64,000 nucleotides of DNA from Camelus dromedarius (taxonomy: Eukaryota), in the NCBI RefSeq assembly GCF_036321535.1, contig NC_087447.1, forward strand, positions 52,454,001-52,518,000, given 5' to 3'. Position 1 is the first letter of the stretch, and each line of letters starts with the position of its first letter. Under the pieces are notes generated by a model. That model made no database searches. It was not told where the DNA came from and worked only from the letters and a program-made list of their open reading frames with translations. The position numbers and the translations under genes are program-made. Positions 38,825 through 51,606 of this stretch are shown piece by piece.

Positions 38825-39005
38825 AATACTTAGAAGCTGTGTGACCTTGAGCAAGTTATTTAACCTCTCTGTGCTTCAGTTTCCTTATCTGTGAAACAGT
38901 ACCAACCTTTAAGGTTGTTCTGAGGATGAAATGAATTAATATATGTCCCTGATACATTTGATCCCTGACGTATAATGAGTGCTCAATATTTATGAGCCAT
39001 TATTA
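38825..39005 (+). mobile_element. MIR SINE
   Basis: gctgtgtgaccttgagcaagttatttaacctctctgtgcttcagtttccttatctgtgaaa. Confidence 0.85.
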
Positions 39006-42000
39006 TCATTTAAAAAAACCCCACATTTTATTTTTAAAAGGCATGCTTTCAAAGGCTCCAGCTAAGTGTCAGTTATAACTATAGAAGGGAACGTCCCCTC
39101 AGAAATGGATGTTAATAAATCTGAGACATATTTTGGCAGTTAAATTGGTGGATGACTATGTCTCTTATCAGTGTGTACCTGTTGACAGAAGACATGGGCT
39201 TCGAGGCAAAGGCTCAGTAATTACAAATTATTGACAACACAGTCCCCAAACTCATGGCTTCCCTATTACAAAGCGGCAGCAAGGAGAACATTTGCCTTGC
39301 TCTCAGTTCCTTTTTACTTTTTTCCATTTTCATCTTAATACAGCAATTCAGTAAATATTTACTTTTTTGAACAGATGGGAGATCGGTCATGGTTCACACT
39401 CAGATTGGCATTTAATCGAGAGAAAAAGAAGAGATTGGAATGAAAGAAGTGACGGTGAAAAGCTACTCTTGGAGCAAGGGTCTGCAGCACATTGATGCTG
39501 AGACCCTGCAGGGGTGGGAGCAATGCTGGGGAAGGGCACCAGCTCAGACCTGCGACCCCCACCCTGGATGGGGGACAGGAGCACCCCCACAGGCTCATGC
39601 TTACACACGTCAGTCCCTCCCTACCCTGCTGACCTCCAGGTTCCCCGCTGCCCTTGAAATCCGTTAGCCTGACCCTTCCTGACTCTGCCTCTGCTTCCTC
39701 ACACTGCCCACAGAACAACCCGCCACCCCAGCCCACCTCTCCCAGACGCACACCCTCTGTTGCTTGCTGAAACTCTTCTTCAGGTGCCTCAAGACAGAGG
39801 GTGGTGATAGGAAGAGGGAGGACCATAAAACAACTGTTAATTGAATGCCAACTCATGCCGGGTGCTTCATGCATGTTATTTCTAATCCCTACAACAACTA
39901 CACAGGTTAGATATTATCCTCTCATTTTATATTTTCTCTTATTTACTCCTATTTTACAGATGGGTTAACAGGCTCAAAGAGATTAAGCGATTTGCTCTAG
40001 ATTACATGGCTTCTGAATGTCAGGGTCTAGATCTGAATCAGAAGAAAACATTTAAACCTGAAGAAAGGTACTGCACACCTAGTACCAGAGGTTAGTTCAT
40101 TTGGTAAATAATTGCTAAGGCCCTCTTCTCTCCCAAGTGCTGTGAGAAATGCACACACGTAACACATAGTGTACGGGGCTCCCTTCTTCTCTCCCTGCCC
40201 CCATTTCCCACCCCCCTTCCCCCCGAAGCTGAGTTTCTACCCTGCTGTTCTAAGCCTTGTGTGCAGCTTTGGTGGAAAAGACTAAGTGAACTTCCTGCTC
40301 CTTGGAGCTTCTAGACAGTGGGTAGTCAGACAGAGAGAGAGGAAGGGGAAGGAAACCACAGTGGCCCCTAACCTAGGTCAGGTGGGCCAAAGATGGAGGG
40401 GCAATTAAGGGACCACTGCCCAGAGAAAGTGACATCTAAACCATGACCAAAGAATGTCAAGTAAAAGTGAGCAGGGCCAGATGGTTTTGAGGTAAGGAAA
40501 GAAAAGAAGCCTAGATCTGTGACTTACCTATTTTCTCTGACCTAAATAAATATATTTATTTCACAATCTGGTACACAGATAAGTCTACAAATGTCTAACT
40601 GAAAACAAAACTTCCAAAAACCAGTCCTAACCTTTCCTCAAGGATGGAATCTGATATTTTCTATTTTATTCTCTTTGACTAAAACAGAATTATGAACGGT
40701 GGCCAACCTACAGTTTGAGGAAGGCCGCTGTAGGTCACGGCTGGGATGAAAGTGGACAGGGCGCGGGAGGCTGGGGCGAGTCCAGAGTTCAGAGAGGGAA
40801 GCAGGTTGACAATCAGGCTTAAGAAGTGAGGAGTGAGCAGCCTGGTAGGAAAAATAAAACGGAATTTCCACGAACTACTGTAGCATAAGCAGACAGTAAA
40901 ATGTAAACGTGCAGGTGGCAGAAAGCCGGGGTCTAGAGATCCTGGGGGAGCGTGTCCTCCACCTAGTTCTCCTGGGCCCTGATGCTTGGGGGGGCCAGGG
41001 GCTGGCTTGGAAGAAAGGCAAGGATGTGGGGCTTGGGGAGAGAAGAGGAGATGGGGGAAAGGCTTTTGGTGTTTGGGAGAAACTCAAGAAGCCGACTTGG
41101 GCGCTACGCCTGGGCTCCAGCAATACGTATGAGGCACAGGGGCCCGAAGCCTTCACAGGGAGACGCCATCAGACTACAGCCCTGCCCACGAACCTTCACC
41201 CCCGCTGAAGCCTCTGGGAAATGGGGGCTATTGCCTCCCTGGGTTTCCTCGCAAGCTCAGTAATGACCAGAGACGAACCAGGAAATGGACTGAATTCCTA
41301 CTGGACTAAAGTTTATAAGTTTTCCTTAGCATAAGCACACGGTGATATTTTAAGGTTTTTTGTGTGTCAAAAGGGCTCATAAATAGTTCAGAGCTAAAAT
41401 GTGTTCTGTAAAATATAAGTCCCGGGCAGTATCTATATATGTGTGTATATAAAGCCATCATAAATTTTTACTTTCCTTAATCCTTCAAATTTGCTCTTGC
41501 AAGTCCTTTGTTTTCAACTCCAGTGCGATGTGCAGGTGAATGCCGGGGAGAGAGGCACCTGGTCTGGGCCAGGCACTGTGCTGGGCTACATGCAAACCAG
41601 AGAGGCAGGTGCTGTTCTCCCCATGGTACAGATTTGGAAACTGAGGCTCAGAGTACCAAAGTGATGCTCAAGTTCACACAAAATGCCAAACCTGGAATTT
41701 GGTTTCTCTGTGCTCCCTGTGGTGCCCCCAGAGCACATTTCTCTGACCCTGTCATATTAGGGAACCCCTTGCCTTTTAAAACAGTGAGACAGTGATTATA
41801 ATAATGGTGACTAAAGGCAAGGTCTTTACATGCATTACTTCATTTAACCCTCACCAGGCCCCCGAACCATTCTCATTTAAGAGATGAAAGAAACCGGGAT
41901 TTAGAAAGGTTAAGTGCCTTGCCCAGAGGACCACAGCAAGGAAGGGGTAGAGCCAGGATTCCAACCTAGGTCTGTGTGACCCTTGGGCTCAAGCTTTTCA

Positions 42001-44087
42001 TCGGAACTCATCCTGCTTCTCACACAGGTCACCTCTTACTCTAATTTGTTTAAATGTTCTATTTGTTCTTTCATATTGTGTTTTAAGAAGTATTAATTCT
42101 TCTGATGGCTCGAGTTAGCCTCTGACCAGGACGTTGACAGCTTTATCTCCACGTTTCCCCAAACAGAAAGCCAGCACTGTGGGCCAGGGAAAGTGGTGGA
42201 GAGTGACCCTATGGCCAGCCTAGCTTTAGGGACATCCCTAATCAGTGGCTGGCAGGCAGGGGACAGCTGGTGCCACTGCCCACAGAAGTCATGTTGCCCT
42301 TCTGTTGGAGGGTTTGTCACAGGTCAGGCATCAAAGGCTGGTGGTTAGTATAGACACCACTTTTCCGATCCCAGCAGGGAGAGCCCCCACCAGAGCAGCC
42401 CTGACCCCCCCCCCCAGGGCTGAGCACGCACAGAATAGGGGGCACAGTTGGCCCTCAACCAGCAGGAGGTGTCATGGAGGCTGTGGTGTCCAGATTCCTC
42501 CATCTGTAGTCTCCCTCTCCCAAAGCTACCTACCAGCCAGTGATTCCCTTTTACAAATGGTGGCATCTTAGAGTCAGACAATGTGGTATTTATTGTCTTA
42601 AGAGTGAAAGCACCATGAAAGGTCCACTGGTTCACATCCCATCGGTTGTTGGAACCTCTTTCGTCCCTCCCCACCAAGTGGTCCCTCTACCCCCAAAGCT
42701 GGGGACTTCACTACCTCCAGGGACAGCACTGGCTGTGAGACTGTGCTTCCTGACACAGAGCGGGATCTGCCTTCTTTTAGCCTCCTTCCACAGCCTCAGC
42801 TCTGCTCCCTGCGGTCTCAGGAAATAGTTCTAACAATTTACGTGGCAGTAGCCTTCCAGGCTGAAGACGGGACCAGTCTGTGTGTCCCTGAGTCTTCAGA
42901 CTGAACATCTTTCTTTCGTATGAGTTTCAAGCCTTCACCTTCCCAGTGACCTTTCCCCGGGTTCATCAGTCTCACTCCCTCTTTCCCATCTAACAAGGCT
43001 TTATAAGATCCAGGGCGAGACTGGGGGACAGATAGTTTGACCAGATGCAGTCAGAGGGCAGACGCACCTACGGGTGTCTCCAGCACAGTGAACACAAAGA
43101 ACAGCTGATACAGACACTTGGAGGGCAGAGAGGGACACCAGCTTAGGTGTCTCGAGCTGAGGTGGAAGGGCCAAGCAGAAGTTTGTCAGGGGACAGGGAG
43201 AGGAAAGGATTCAGGTTTGTCCACAGCCTCTCACGTGGGGTTGGCTGGAGTCACTGGGAACTTCTTGGTGCCGTCTGCGTGTCCCCCACCTACCCCACTC
43301 TCCTGCACCCGACCCCGTTTTCTCTTGGGGCAGCTCAGCTCCCTGGGGCTTTCTCAGAAGCCACACCCACCAGGGCCTTAGGGTGAGCTCTCTGCTGGGA
43401 CTCGATTTCTCCAGAACAATACCTTGAGAAACAGTATCTTCTGCAGTGCGGCCCCCACTGAAAGGGAACTCTTTCCTTCTCCCAAGAAAACCCTTTTAAG
43501 GATCAAGCCTGAAACCCAGATTATTAGAGTGTCAACTCTGTAAAAAGTGCCCAAGGCCCTGCACAGATTTCTGATTTTCTGTGAATTTGTTCTGGGACCA
43601 CATTATAGACAATGAGGGGCTGGGAGAGAGTCGGGCTGATGAATCGCACACCCCTTGTTGTGTCCAAGGCTTAACCTGTAATTACCTAGTGCTCCTGTGT
43701 TCAGCCTCTACTTTGCAAGGGGGTGGGCTGCAGAGGAAAACCAGCCCCGCAGAGAAGTGGGCACTAGTGTCAGGCTTCTGGAAACAGCGAGACTCTTGGT
43801 TTTAACAGTAACTCCCTCGATCCCACAGTTTAACCCCAACTCCCAGATGTATGAAGGTGGCAACTGCTGTGTCCTCCAAGGGCTGCCCATGAGTATGGAG
43901 AGGAGGGAGCTGAGGACTGGAGGCTGTGACTTGCTGACAGCCATGGCCAGCAAGTGAAGAGCTAGGAGCCTTCAGCTTCACCTTGTTTCCTTCTACAGCC
44001 TCAGTTTTCTCTTCTGCAACATGGGGTGGTGTGGTGGAGAGAAGGTCTCAGGTAATTCATGCCTGAGGTCTGCCTCTGTGTTCCCAG

Positions 44088-44090
<3 letters not shown>

Positions 44091-44152
<62 letters not shown>
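44091..44152 (+). repeat. (CA)31 microsatellite
   Basis: Perfect CA run read directly from the sequence. Confidence 0.97.
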
Positions 44153-44155
<3 letters not shown>

Positions 44156-45314
44156 GAATTCAAAGCACTCTATCAAGGGCCAGGGGTTCCATAAAAGTGC
44201 AAAGATTGCAAAGCCCCTTTTGGTGGGTGTCAGGAGGGGTGCTGGCAATGGACAAATGTTAGCAAAGGGATGTCCAGGTGGAAGGCAAGGGAGAGAGCAG
44301 CGGCTTTGGCAGAATCTCACTCACATCTCTGTGTACTCAAGTCTCAGAGATGGAGAAAAAGGCCCACAATGATGGGAAAAGTCCAACTGCCTGGAGCTGC
44401 CACCCTTTCTAATAACTAAAGGCAGATTTAATACATATTAGGGCCCTCTTACCAGAAACTGGGTGGTCAGGCAATTTTTATTTCAACAATTAGCTGCTGT
44501 ACATCACACAGAACTAGAGATGGATAAAGGCAGGACCAGCCTCTCGTGGAGCCAATTGTGCCCAGAGTCCTACACGCTTAATCAAGCCTTGCACAGCCCC
44601 GGTCCCTTTCATCTGAGGCCTCAAAGGACTTCGCCTGCGGTAATGAAACCTCATAAGTGCCATAAAGAAAGGGATCCCCCTTGGCAGTCGAGCAAAGAAG
44701 AGGAGGCTGGGGTGGAGGGGGGGCAGGGGGCCACACATCTGGGGGACAAGAGTGAGGAAGAAGTCTCGGTCTCTTGAGACTGGGCCCTTTAAGCCTTGGC
44801 CTGGTGCCTTCTATCCGGAGAGAGGACAACTGCAGACCTTGTGGCTTTGTTGGTCACCTCCTGCTCAGTCTGGCTCAACCTGCCCCAAACTGGAGACAGT
44901 CCAGATGGCCACCCAAAGCCTTTCTAAATGTTGCAACCTGGACAGTCCCTGGGAGGTATCTTTGCTAGATGCATCAATTCAAACACCACTCTCCTAGATT
45001 CTTCGAGTAAGAAGGAAACATAAAGGATACAGTGGGCCCCAGCCTCATCTGACACTTGCATTCCCTTGGCGTCCACCTGGACATCACTAGCCAGGCTTTG
45101 CTTGACCTCTGATAACAACACTTAGTCTGAACACACTTCATCCCCTAAGCTTGGCCTTAGCCAATTCATTCTGATAGTGAGTTGAAATTTACTTCCTTCA
45201 AGAGCCTTCCTGCTGACCCTAACACAAACAAGCCTATTTCCTCCTCTCCAGGTCATGATGTCTAGAAAACAGTGAAGCACAGTGGTTAAAAACACAGGCT
45301 TTACATCAAAAGCA

Positions 45315-46489
45315 CCATCTTCCCAAAAAAGGATAAAATTGGACCTCACCAAAACTCAAACTTGTACTCTGTGAAAGACTTGTTCAAAGGGTGAAAACAT
45401 AAGCTACAGAGTGGGAGAAAATATTACTTGCAAACCATATGTCCAACAAAGGCCTGGCATCTAGAGCACATAAAGGACTCTCAGAACCTAACAGTAAAAA
45501 AAAAAAAAAAAAAATTAGAAAATAGCCAAAAGATACAGATATTTCGCTGCAGAGGATAACAGATGGCAAAGAAGCACATGAAAAGATGTTCAGCATTATG
45601 GGCCAGCAGGGAAATGCAAATGAAAACCACGATATCACCACACCCATCAGAATAGCTAAAATGAAAACCAGTGATGACTCTGAAGGCTGCAGGGATGCAG
45701 AGAACCTGGCACACCCAGGAATATACAGTACAGCCCCTCTGGGAAACAGTTTGGCATTTTCTTAGGAAAGTAAACAGGCAATTTTCTGGACAACATAGCA
45801 ATTGCACTCTTGGGCATTTATCCCTCAGAAATGAAAACTTACTTTCACAAAGAACCTGTACAGAAATGTTCATAGAAGTCTTACACATAGTACCTAAAAC
45901 CTGGAAACAGACCAGATGTCCTTCAGCAGGTGAATGTTCACATAAATGCAAAACCATGGAATATAACTCAGTGAGAAAAAGGAATACGTTAATGATACCA
46001 ATGAATCTCTAAAGAATTCTGCCCAGTGAAAAAATTCAGTCACTAAAGGTTACATACCATATGATTCCATTTATATAACATTTGTGATATGGTAACATTT
46101 TAGCAATGGAGAAGAGATTAGTAGTTGCCAGGAGTGAGGGATGGGTTAAGGGTGGGAGGAAGGTGGGTGTGGCCATATAAGGGCAGTGAGGGGGGTGCTT
46201 GTGGTGATGAAAATGTTCACGATTTTGACTGGATACAGATGATAAAATAGTATAGAAGTAAACACACATATACACACAAATAAGTACGAGTAAAACTGGG
46301 GAAATCTGAACACAGTGAGTGGATTGTACCAATGTCCATAGCCTGGTTGTGATGTCTGCTCTCTTACTATAGTTCTGCAATATGCTACTACTGGGAGAAA
46401 CTGGGTAATGAAGTACCCAGGATATCTCTGTACTGTGTTTTACAACTGCACAGGAACTACAATTGTCTTAATAAAAATTTCAATTAAAA
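45315..46489 (+). mobile_element. Old L1 (L1MC-like): degenerate ORF2 end and 3' UTR
   Basis: ORF2 remnants (VQPLWETVWHFL, CTEMFI, TMEY) followed by aaaggttacataccatatgattccatttatataacat and an AATAAA tail. Confidence 0.8.
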
Positions 46490-47165
46490 TTAGTGCAGCC
46501 ACTGTGGAAAACAGTATGGAGATTTCTCCAAACACTAAAAATAGAACTACCATACGACCCAGCAGTTCTACTCCTGCGTATATATCTGAAAAAAACAAAA
46601 ACACTAATTCAAAAAGATACATGCTCCCCAATGTTTATAGCAGCACTATTTACAATAGCCAAGATATGGAAGCAATCTAAGTGTTCATCAACAGAGGAAT
46701 GAAAAAATGTGATAGGTATATGCAATGGAATACTACTCAGCCATAAAAAAGAATGAAAATTTGCCATTTACAACAACATGGATGGATTTGTATGGGGACT
46801 TGCATTATGCTAAGTGAAATAAGTCAGAGAAAGACAAACACTGTATGATATCACTTATGTGTGGAATCTAAAAACCACAACAAACTAGTGAAGATAACAA
46901 AAAAGAAGCAGACTCACAGATATAGAGAACAAACTAGTGGTTACCAGTGAGGAGAGGGAAGAGGGGAGGGGCAATATAGGGGCAGGGGTTTAAGAGGTAC
47001 AAACTATTACAGATAAAATAAGATACAAGGATATATTGTACAACACAAGGAATATAGTCATAAATAATAACTATAAATGGAGTATAACCTTTAAAAATTG
47101 TGAATCACTATATTGTATACCTGTAACATATAATATTGTACATTGAATATAACTCAAAAAAAATT
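46490..47165 (+). mobile_element. L1MA-type 5'-truncated LINE-1 (ORF2 C-terminus, 3' UTR, A tail)
   Basis: [11 protein letters not shown]...ELPYDPA...KDTCSPMFIAALFTIAKIWKQ; 3' UTR cagactcacagatatagagaacaaactagtggttacc; A-rich tail. Confidence 0.9.
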
Positions 47166-47884
47166 TAAGAAAAGGTCAGCCTAGAAGAGGGATTAAAAAA
47201 AAAAAGATTTGTTAAGTCACGCAAAACTGAATTTGAAACTTGAATCTACTAGGTACTCCCAGTGCAACTTTGGACAGAGAAACTGTCTGAGCCTTGCTCT
47301 CCTCATCTGTAAAATGGGGATAATATCTACTATCTTACAGGGTTTTCTTGAGGCTTACATGAGGCAATCCATGGCAATGCTTAACTCTGTGTATGGTGCA
47401 TAAGTAAAGACTCAATAAACAATAGGAGTAAATGTTGTAGTATTATTCAGGATAAGTATTTCTGTGCCTTCTCTGGATTCAGTTTCCACTCACCTTCCCT
47501 CCATCCTGGTCATCCTTCTCTGAAAAGGTTTCTTTTGGTCACTGTCACTCTTGAATACACTAAGGTTAAACACTGAAAAGTCTGATGCTGTCTCAATGTC
47601 AGAAACTGCTCTGGTATCTTATGAGGTCCAGCCATGATGCCACACTTTACATGCTGTTTTGGCCAATTGCTTGCCACTTATTTCCTGTGTAATGTCTTTT
47701 CCCTACAATAAGGTAGCAAGCTGCTCAGATGCATATTCACCTACCAATTTAAGCAGCTGCTATATGCAAGTGCTATTACTAATACACACCCCACCAGTGT
47801 GCCATCAAGTACCTACCACAGAATCCCCAGGGCAACTCTGGAAGCTGGGTGTGGGGGTAGGTGGCTATAGTAATGATGCCTCCC

Positions 47885-48270
47885 TGTCCTCCACCCTCAT
47901 GTAGTCTCCCATGCTGACTCCAGGGTTGGCCACATGACTGCACGGACTAAGGGGCCAAGGGAACACTAGCAATTAGAAATCAGAGGCAGGAAAAACCCTT
48001 GAGTGGTGGGCTTGCCTTCTCTTGCTACTTTTGGAAACTATCCATCATGTAAAAAGGGCCAGGCTGGCCAGCTTGTTGCTAGAGACCCAAGGCTGAGCCA
48101 ACCAGATCCCACAGATGGCGGCCATAGTTGTGAGCCCAGAGGACACCAGCTGGACAACCCAGCTCTGTCCAGCCCAAATTTCTGATCCTCAGAAACAGGA
48201 ATCAAGAAAAGGTCATTTTAAGACACAAAATTTACAGTGATATGTTACATGCAAAGGCTAATTGATACAG
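47885..48270 (+). mobile_element. Old MaLR LTR (MLT1F/H-like)
   Basis: gggttggccacatgactg...cagcccaaatttctgatcctcagaaac...gctaattgataca. Confidence 0.55.
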
Positions 48271-49859
48271 GTATTATTACAATTTCCATATAATAGATGA
48301 GGAAACTGAGGCTTAGATCATTTAAGAACCTTAAAAATAAAAGGAAATATTATAAGGACAATAAGAGTAATGCCTATGGTTTAAACAGTACTTCAGAGCT
48401 TTTATATTTTGCCACATTTTTGTGCAATTTAATCTACCATCCTATACCTCTCTTTTTTGGAATTTTTCAAAATTATATTTATGTTTAAGTAGTTGCTTAA
48501 TTCTATGCTCTAAGCAGATGGGGATCGTGTCTGTCTTATTCAGCACAGAATCTCAAAAAAGCAGAATTAATGGAGTGACAGGCAGAGTTTCTTCATTAAC
48601 AACGACTGACTGAATAAATGAACAAATACCTCGGAGAAGCTATGCTATGATTCTATACTAGATAGAAAACTGATGTTCAGAGAGGTGAAGTGCTTGTCTC
48701 AAAGTCACACAGCTAGCAAAAGGCAGCGCTGAGATGCAGCCCAGGTCTTTTACTCTAAGTGCCAAGGTCTGCCTTAAATTCTCTGTGCATCCTGAGGGTG
48801 AGACAGACAAGGAAATGAATTACTACCCCACACTTAGGAGGGAACGCTGTTGGATGAATTCCATATGTTTCAGGAATGTCAATCCCCATGGTAAGAGGAT
48901 TCTGATCAAACCAAGCTCCCAGCGGACATAAATATGTTGCAGTGTGAACCTCAGTGCCTGGGGTCACAGAGGCCTGTTAGCACAAGTCCCATGTCACTTG
49001 TACCATCCAGCCCCAAATCCCCGTGGGGCGCCCCAGTCAAACACAGAACCACTCAGCAGACACAGGACCACTAAATAGCTCTGCTCTCAGCGAGAGACCA
49101 GCAGATGCTAGCACCAAACTCTGCACCCCTCTGTTCCAGTGCCCTTTCCCTCTACCTGGTCTCTCCCTGTGGCTCACTACACAGAGGAGACATTCTCAGA
49201 AAGCCCTCAACCACTCTGCCCCAGCAAGCCCTGACTTTGGCTGAGAAGGCTCTTTTGACCCTCCCAGCAGCCACCAGGAACCAAGGACAGACGCCGTGCT
49301 CCTCCACAACCGCCAGGCTGCCCGAGCGCCACAGCGGGCTCACGTGGGCTGAGCAGAGCCCCCCTCGGTGGCAGCAGCCTGTCCTCTCTGTGGGGAAGCT
49401 CTGGCCCTTGGCCCCTCTGCTGGCTAATGTTACACCTGGGTCACCGCAGTCATGCCTCTGGGGGCCAGACCCTCACTTTGTTCTCTTGATTGCAGCCCTA
49501 AATTTGTTTTCATTAAGAAACTCTGCCTGTCACTCCATTAATTCTGCCCTTTCGGTTGTTAACCTCCGTTGTGAACTGTACTAGTCTTTGAGGTGACTCT
49601 GGCCTGGAGAGGAAGTGGGGTGGGGCTGCTTGCTCCTCTCCAGGCCTGGAGCCCAGAGGGGCTACGTTCTCTAGGGCCCAGTCTGGCCTCTGCTCAGCAA
49701 CGACCCAGATTTGTCCAGTGTGTTCTTTCTAATGTGAAGCCCTTTCATATCTCAAAAGTCACCGAGACATCATGAAGCTGTGAGGCAGGCAGAGAGCAGG
49801 TCATCACCACCTCCGGCTTACAGAGAGGCCATTCGCTGGTAGGGAGAAAGCCGTGAAGT

Positions 49860-50060
49860 GCAGGCAGCTAGGGCTCAAATCCCAGCGCTGCTGCCCCTGA
49901 GCTGTGTGCCCCGGGCATGTTAATCTCTCCATGCCTCGTGCCTAAAGTGAGTTATTATCTGTACCTACCAGATAGGGTTGTTGGGAGAGCCGAGTGAGTT
50001 AATATGTGCAAAGAACTTAAAACCGGCTTAGCGCTTGGCTGCCATTGTTATTATTATCAT
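49860..50060 (+). mobile_element. MIR SINE
   Basis: gggctcaaatcccagc...gctgtgtgcccc...gtacctacc...agggttgttg. Confidence 0.65.
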
Positions 50061-51487
50061 TGCTATTATGGTAACTATTATTACTACCACTACTACTGTT
50101 ATCATCAGGTGTTGCCTTCTGGCCCACATGCAGTCTTGGATTTCTCTACCCATTCACACTATTGTACTAGGCCACCAATATCCCTGCTTCACAAAATTTA
50201 CCCATTCGCTCAGTCACGAAGCAAATATTTACTAGAAACATACTATGTGTCTAGATCTGTGTTGGGGATACAAGTGGTGTGACTGTTGTCTCAGAAAGAC
50301 AGAAAGGGCACCCGCTTAGAACAACGTTCCAGTTTGAATCTCAGCCCTGCGTTCACTAGGTACGAGCCGTGGGCGGGTCATTCAGACCTCACTTTCCTCA
50401 TTGAAAAGACAGGAGTTGTCTGTAGCCCGGCCATCCCCCCCTCCCGAGAGCCCACGTGGTCATCTGGGGGCCTGGAGTGGGGGTGTAGTTTGGCACCTTT
50501 CCAGACCAGAGCCCCAGCCCTCCTCCAGCTCTGGCCAGCTGGGAGGAGAGGAGAGCGCTCCCTAAAGCAATGGCCTTGGGAAACTTGAAGCCCCTTCAAA
50601 GAGAGGGTTTTAGTTGGCTCAGGCTCTGTGCCTGCTCTGAGGGAACATCACAAAGCAGGGCCCAGGGCCCCGGAGGGCCAGGCCCACAGAGAGGCCAGAC
50701 GGCAGGGAAACGGCCCCTTTGCCAGAACCTTCTTGAGTTGTGCGCCCTTCAGCCTGAGGCTGGAGGAAGAAGCCGATGGCCCTTCTTTCTCTTCTTATCC
50801 CCTGAGTGCAAGAGAAGGGTGTTTAAATCCAAGCCTTGAGCTAAGAAGCAAACAGGAAGGGCCTGCAGATTGATGCTTAGCGCGATCTAGAAAAAGTCCC
50901 GGCTTAAAATTCACAGTCTACGACAAGCAATGGGATTTATTTTACCTTCCCAGAGGGAGAGGCCCTGGGGCTGCACTGAGGAAACATCACAACGGGGCAT
51001 TTTCTAGACTTGGCACTTAATAGTTTACACGGCATCGACGATCATGCTACCTTCACTCACCCTCTACTGCCCTGAGAAGTAGGCTTTATATCCTCATTTC
51101 AACAGGGAAGGGTGGCAGGCAGGCATGAGTGTGGGGTTCTGGCTCAGAAGAACCCCACTTTGAGATCTGGCTTTGTGATCCCAAGCAAACGATAATAATC
51201 TAAAAACAGTGAGAACAAACAGTGGCTCTCATCTATTGGGCACCCTGTACGTGCCTGGAGAAACTTGTTTGCCAAATTGCTGCCATTTTATATAAACTGA
51301 GGCTCAGAGTGGGCAAGGATTTGCCCTAAGTCACACAGTTTTTTAAGAGATCTTGGATTCAGAGCACCAAATGGAGAGTCTCAATTTTTTGAGCTGTATC
51401 ATTGAGATAATATCCAGAGGTTGGAGTATCACAGGAGCAGGTGGATGTGGCTTTGAAGCCACAAAGCTCTATATAAATATTTGTTAT

Positions 51488-51606
51488 TCTTTTTAAGAAA
51501 AATAACAATTTACTTAATTTTTTTAAAGTAGAGGTACTGGAGATTGAACCTAGGACCTCATGCATGCTAAGCATGTGCTCTACCACTCAGCTATGCCCAC
51601 CCCCCC
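51488..51606 (-). mobile_element. tRNA-Ala-derived SINE (camelid Vic-1-like)
   Basis: Minus strand reads gggggg..gcatagctgagtggtagagcacatgcttagcatgcatgaggtcctaggttcaatctccagtacctc, with A/B boxes, a TGC anticodon region and an A-rich tail. Perfect 13-bp TSD aaatatttgttat (51475-51487 and 51607-51619). Confidence 0.88.

Noticed and set aside
50004..50282. Tyr/His/Cys-rich ORF
   Set aside because: Produced by low-complexity (TAT/TAC)n sequence at a MIR tail.
51530..51606. Possible tRNA-Ala gene
   Set aside because: The A-rich tail, 13-bp TSD and imperfect acceptor stem indicate a SINE.
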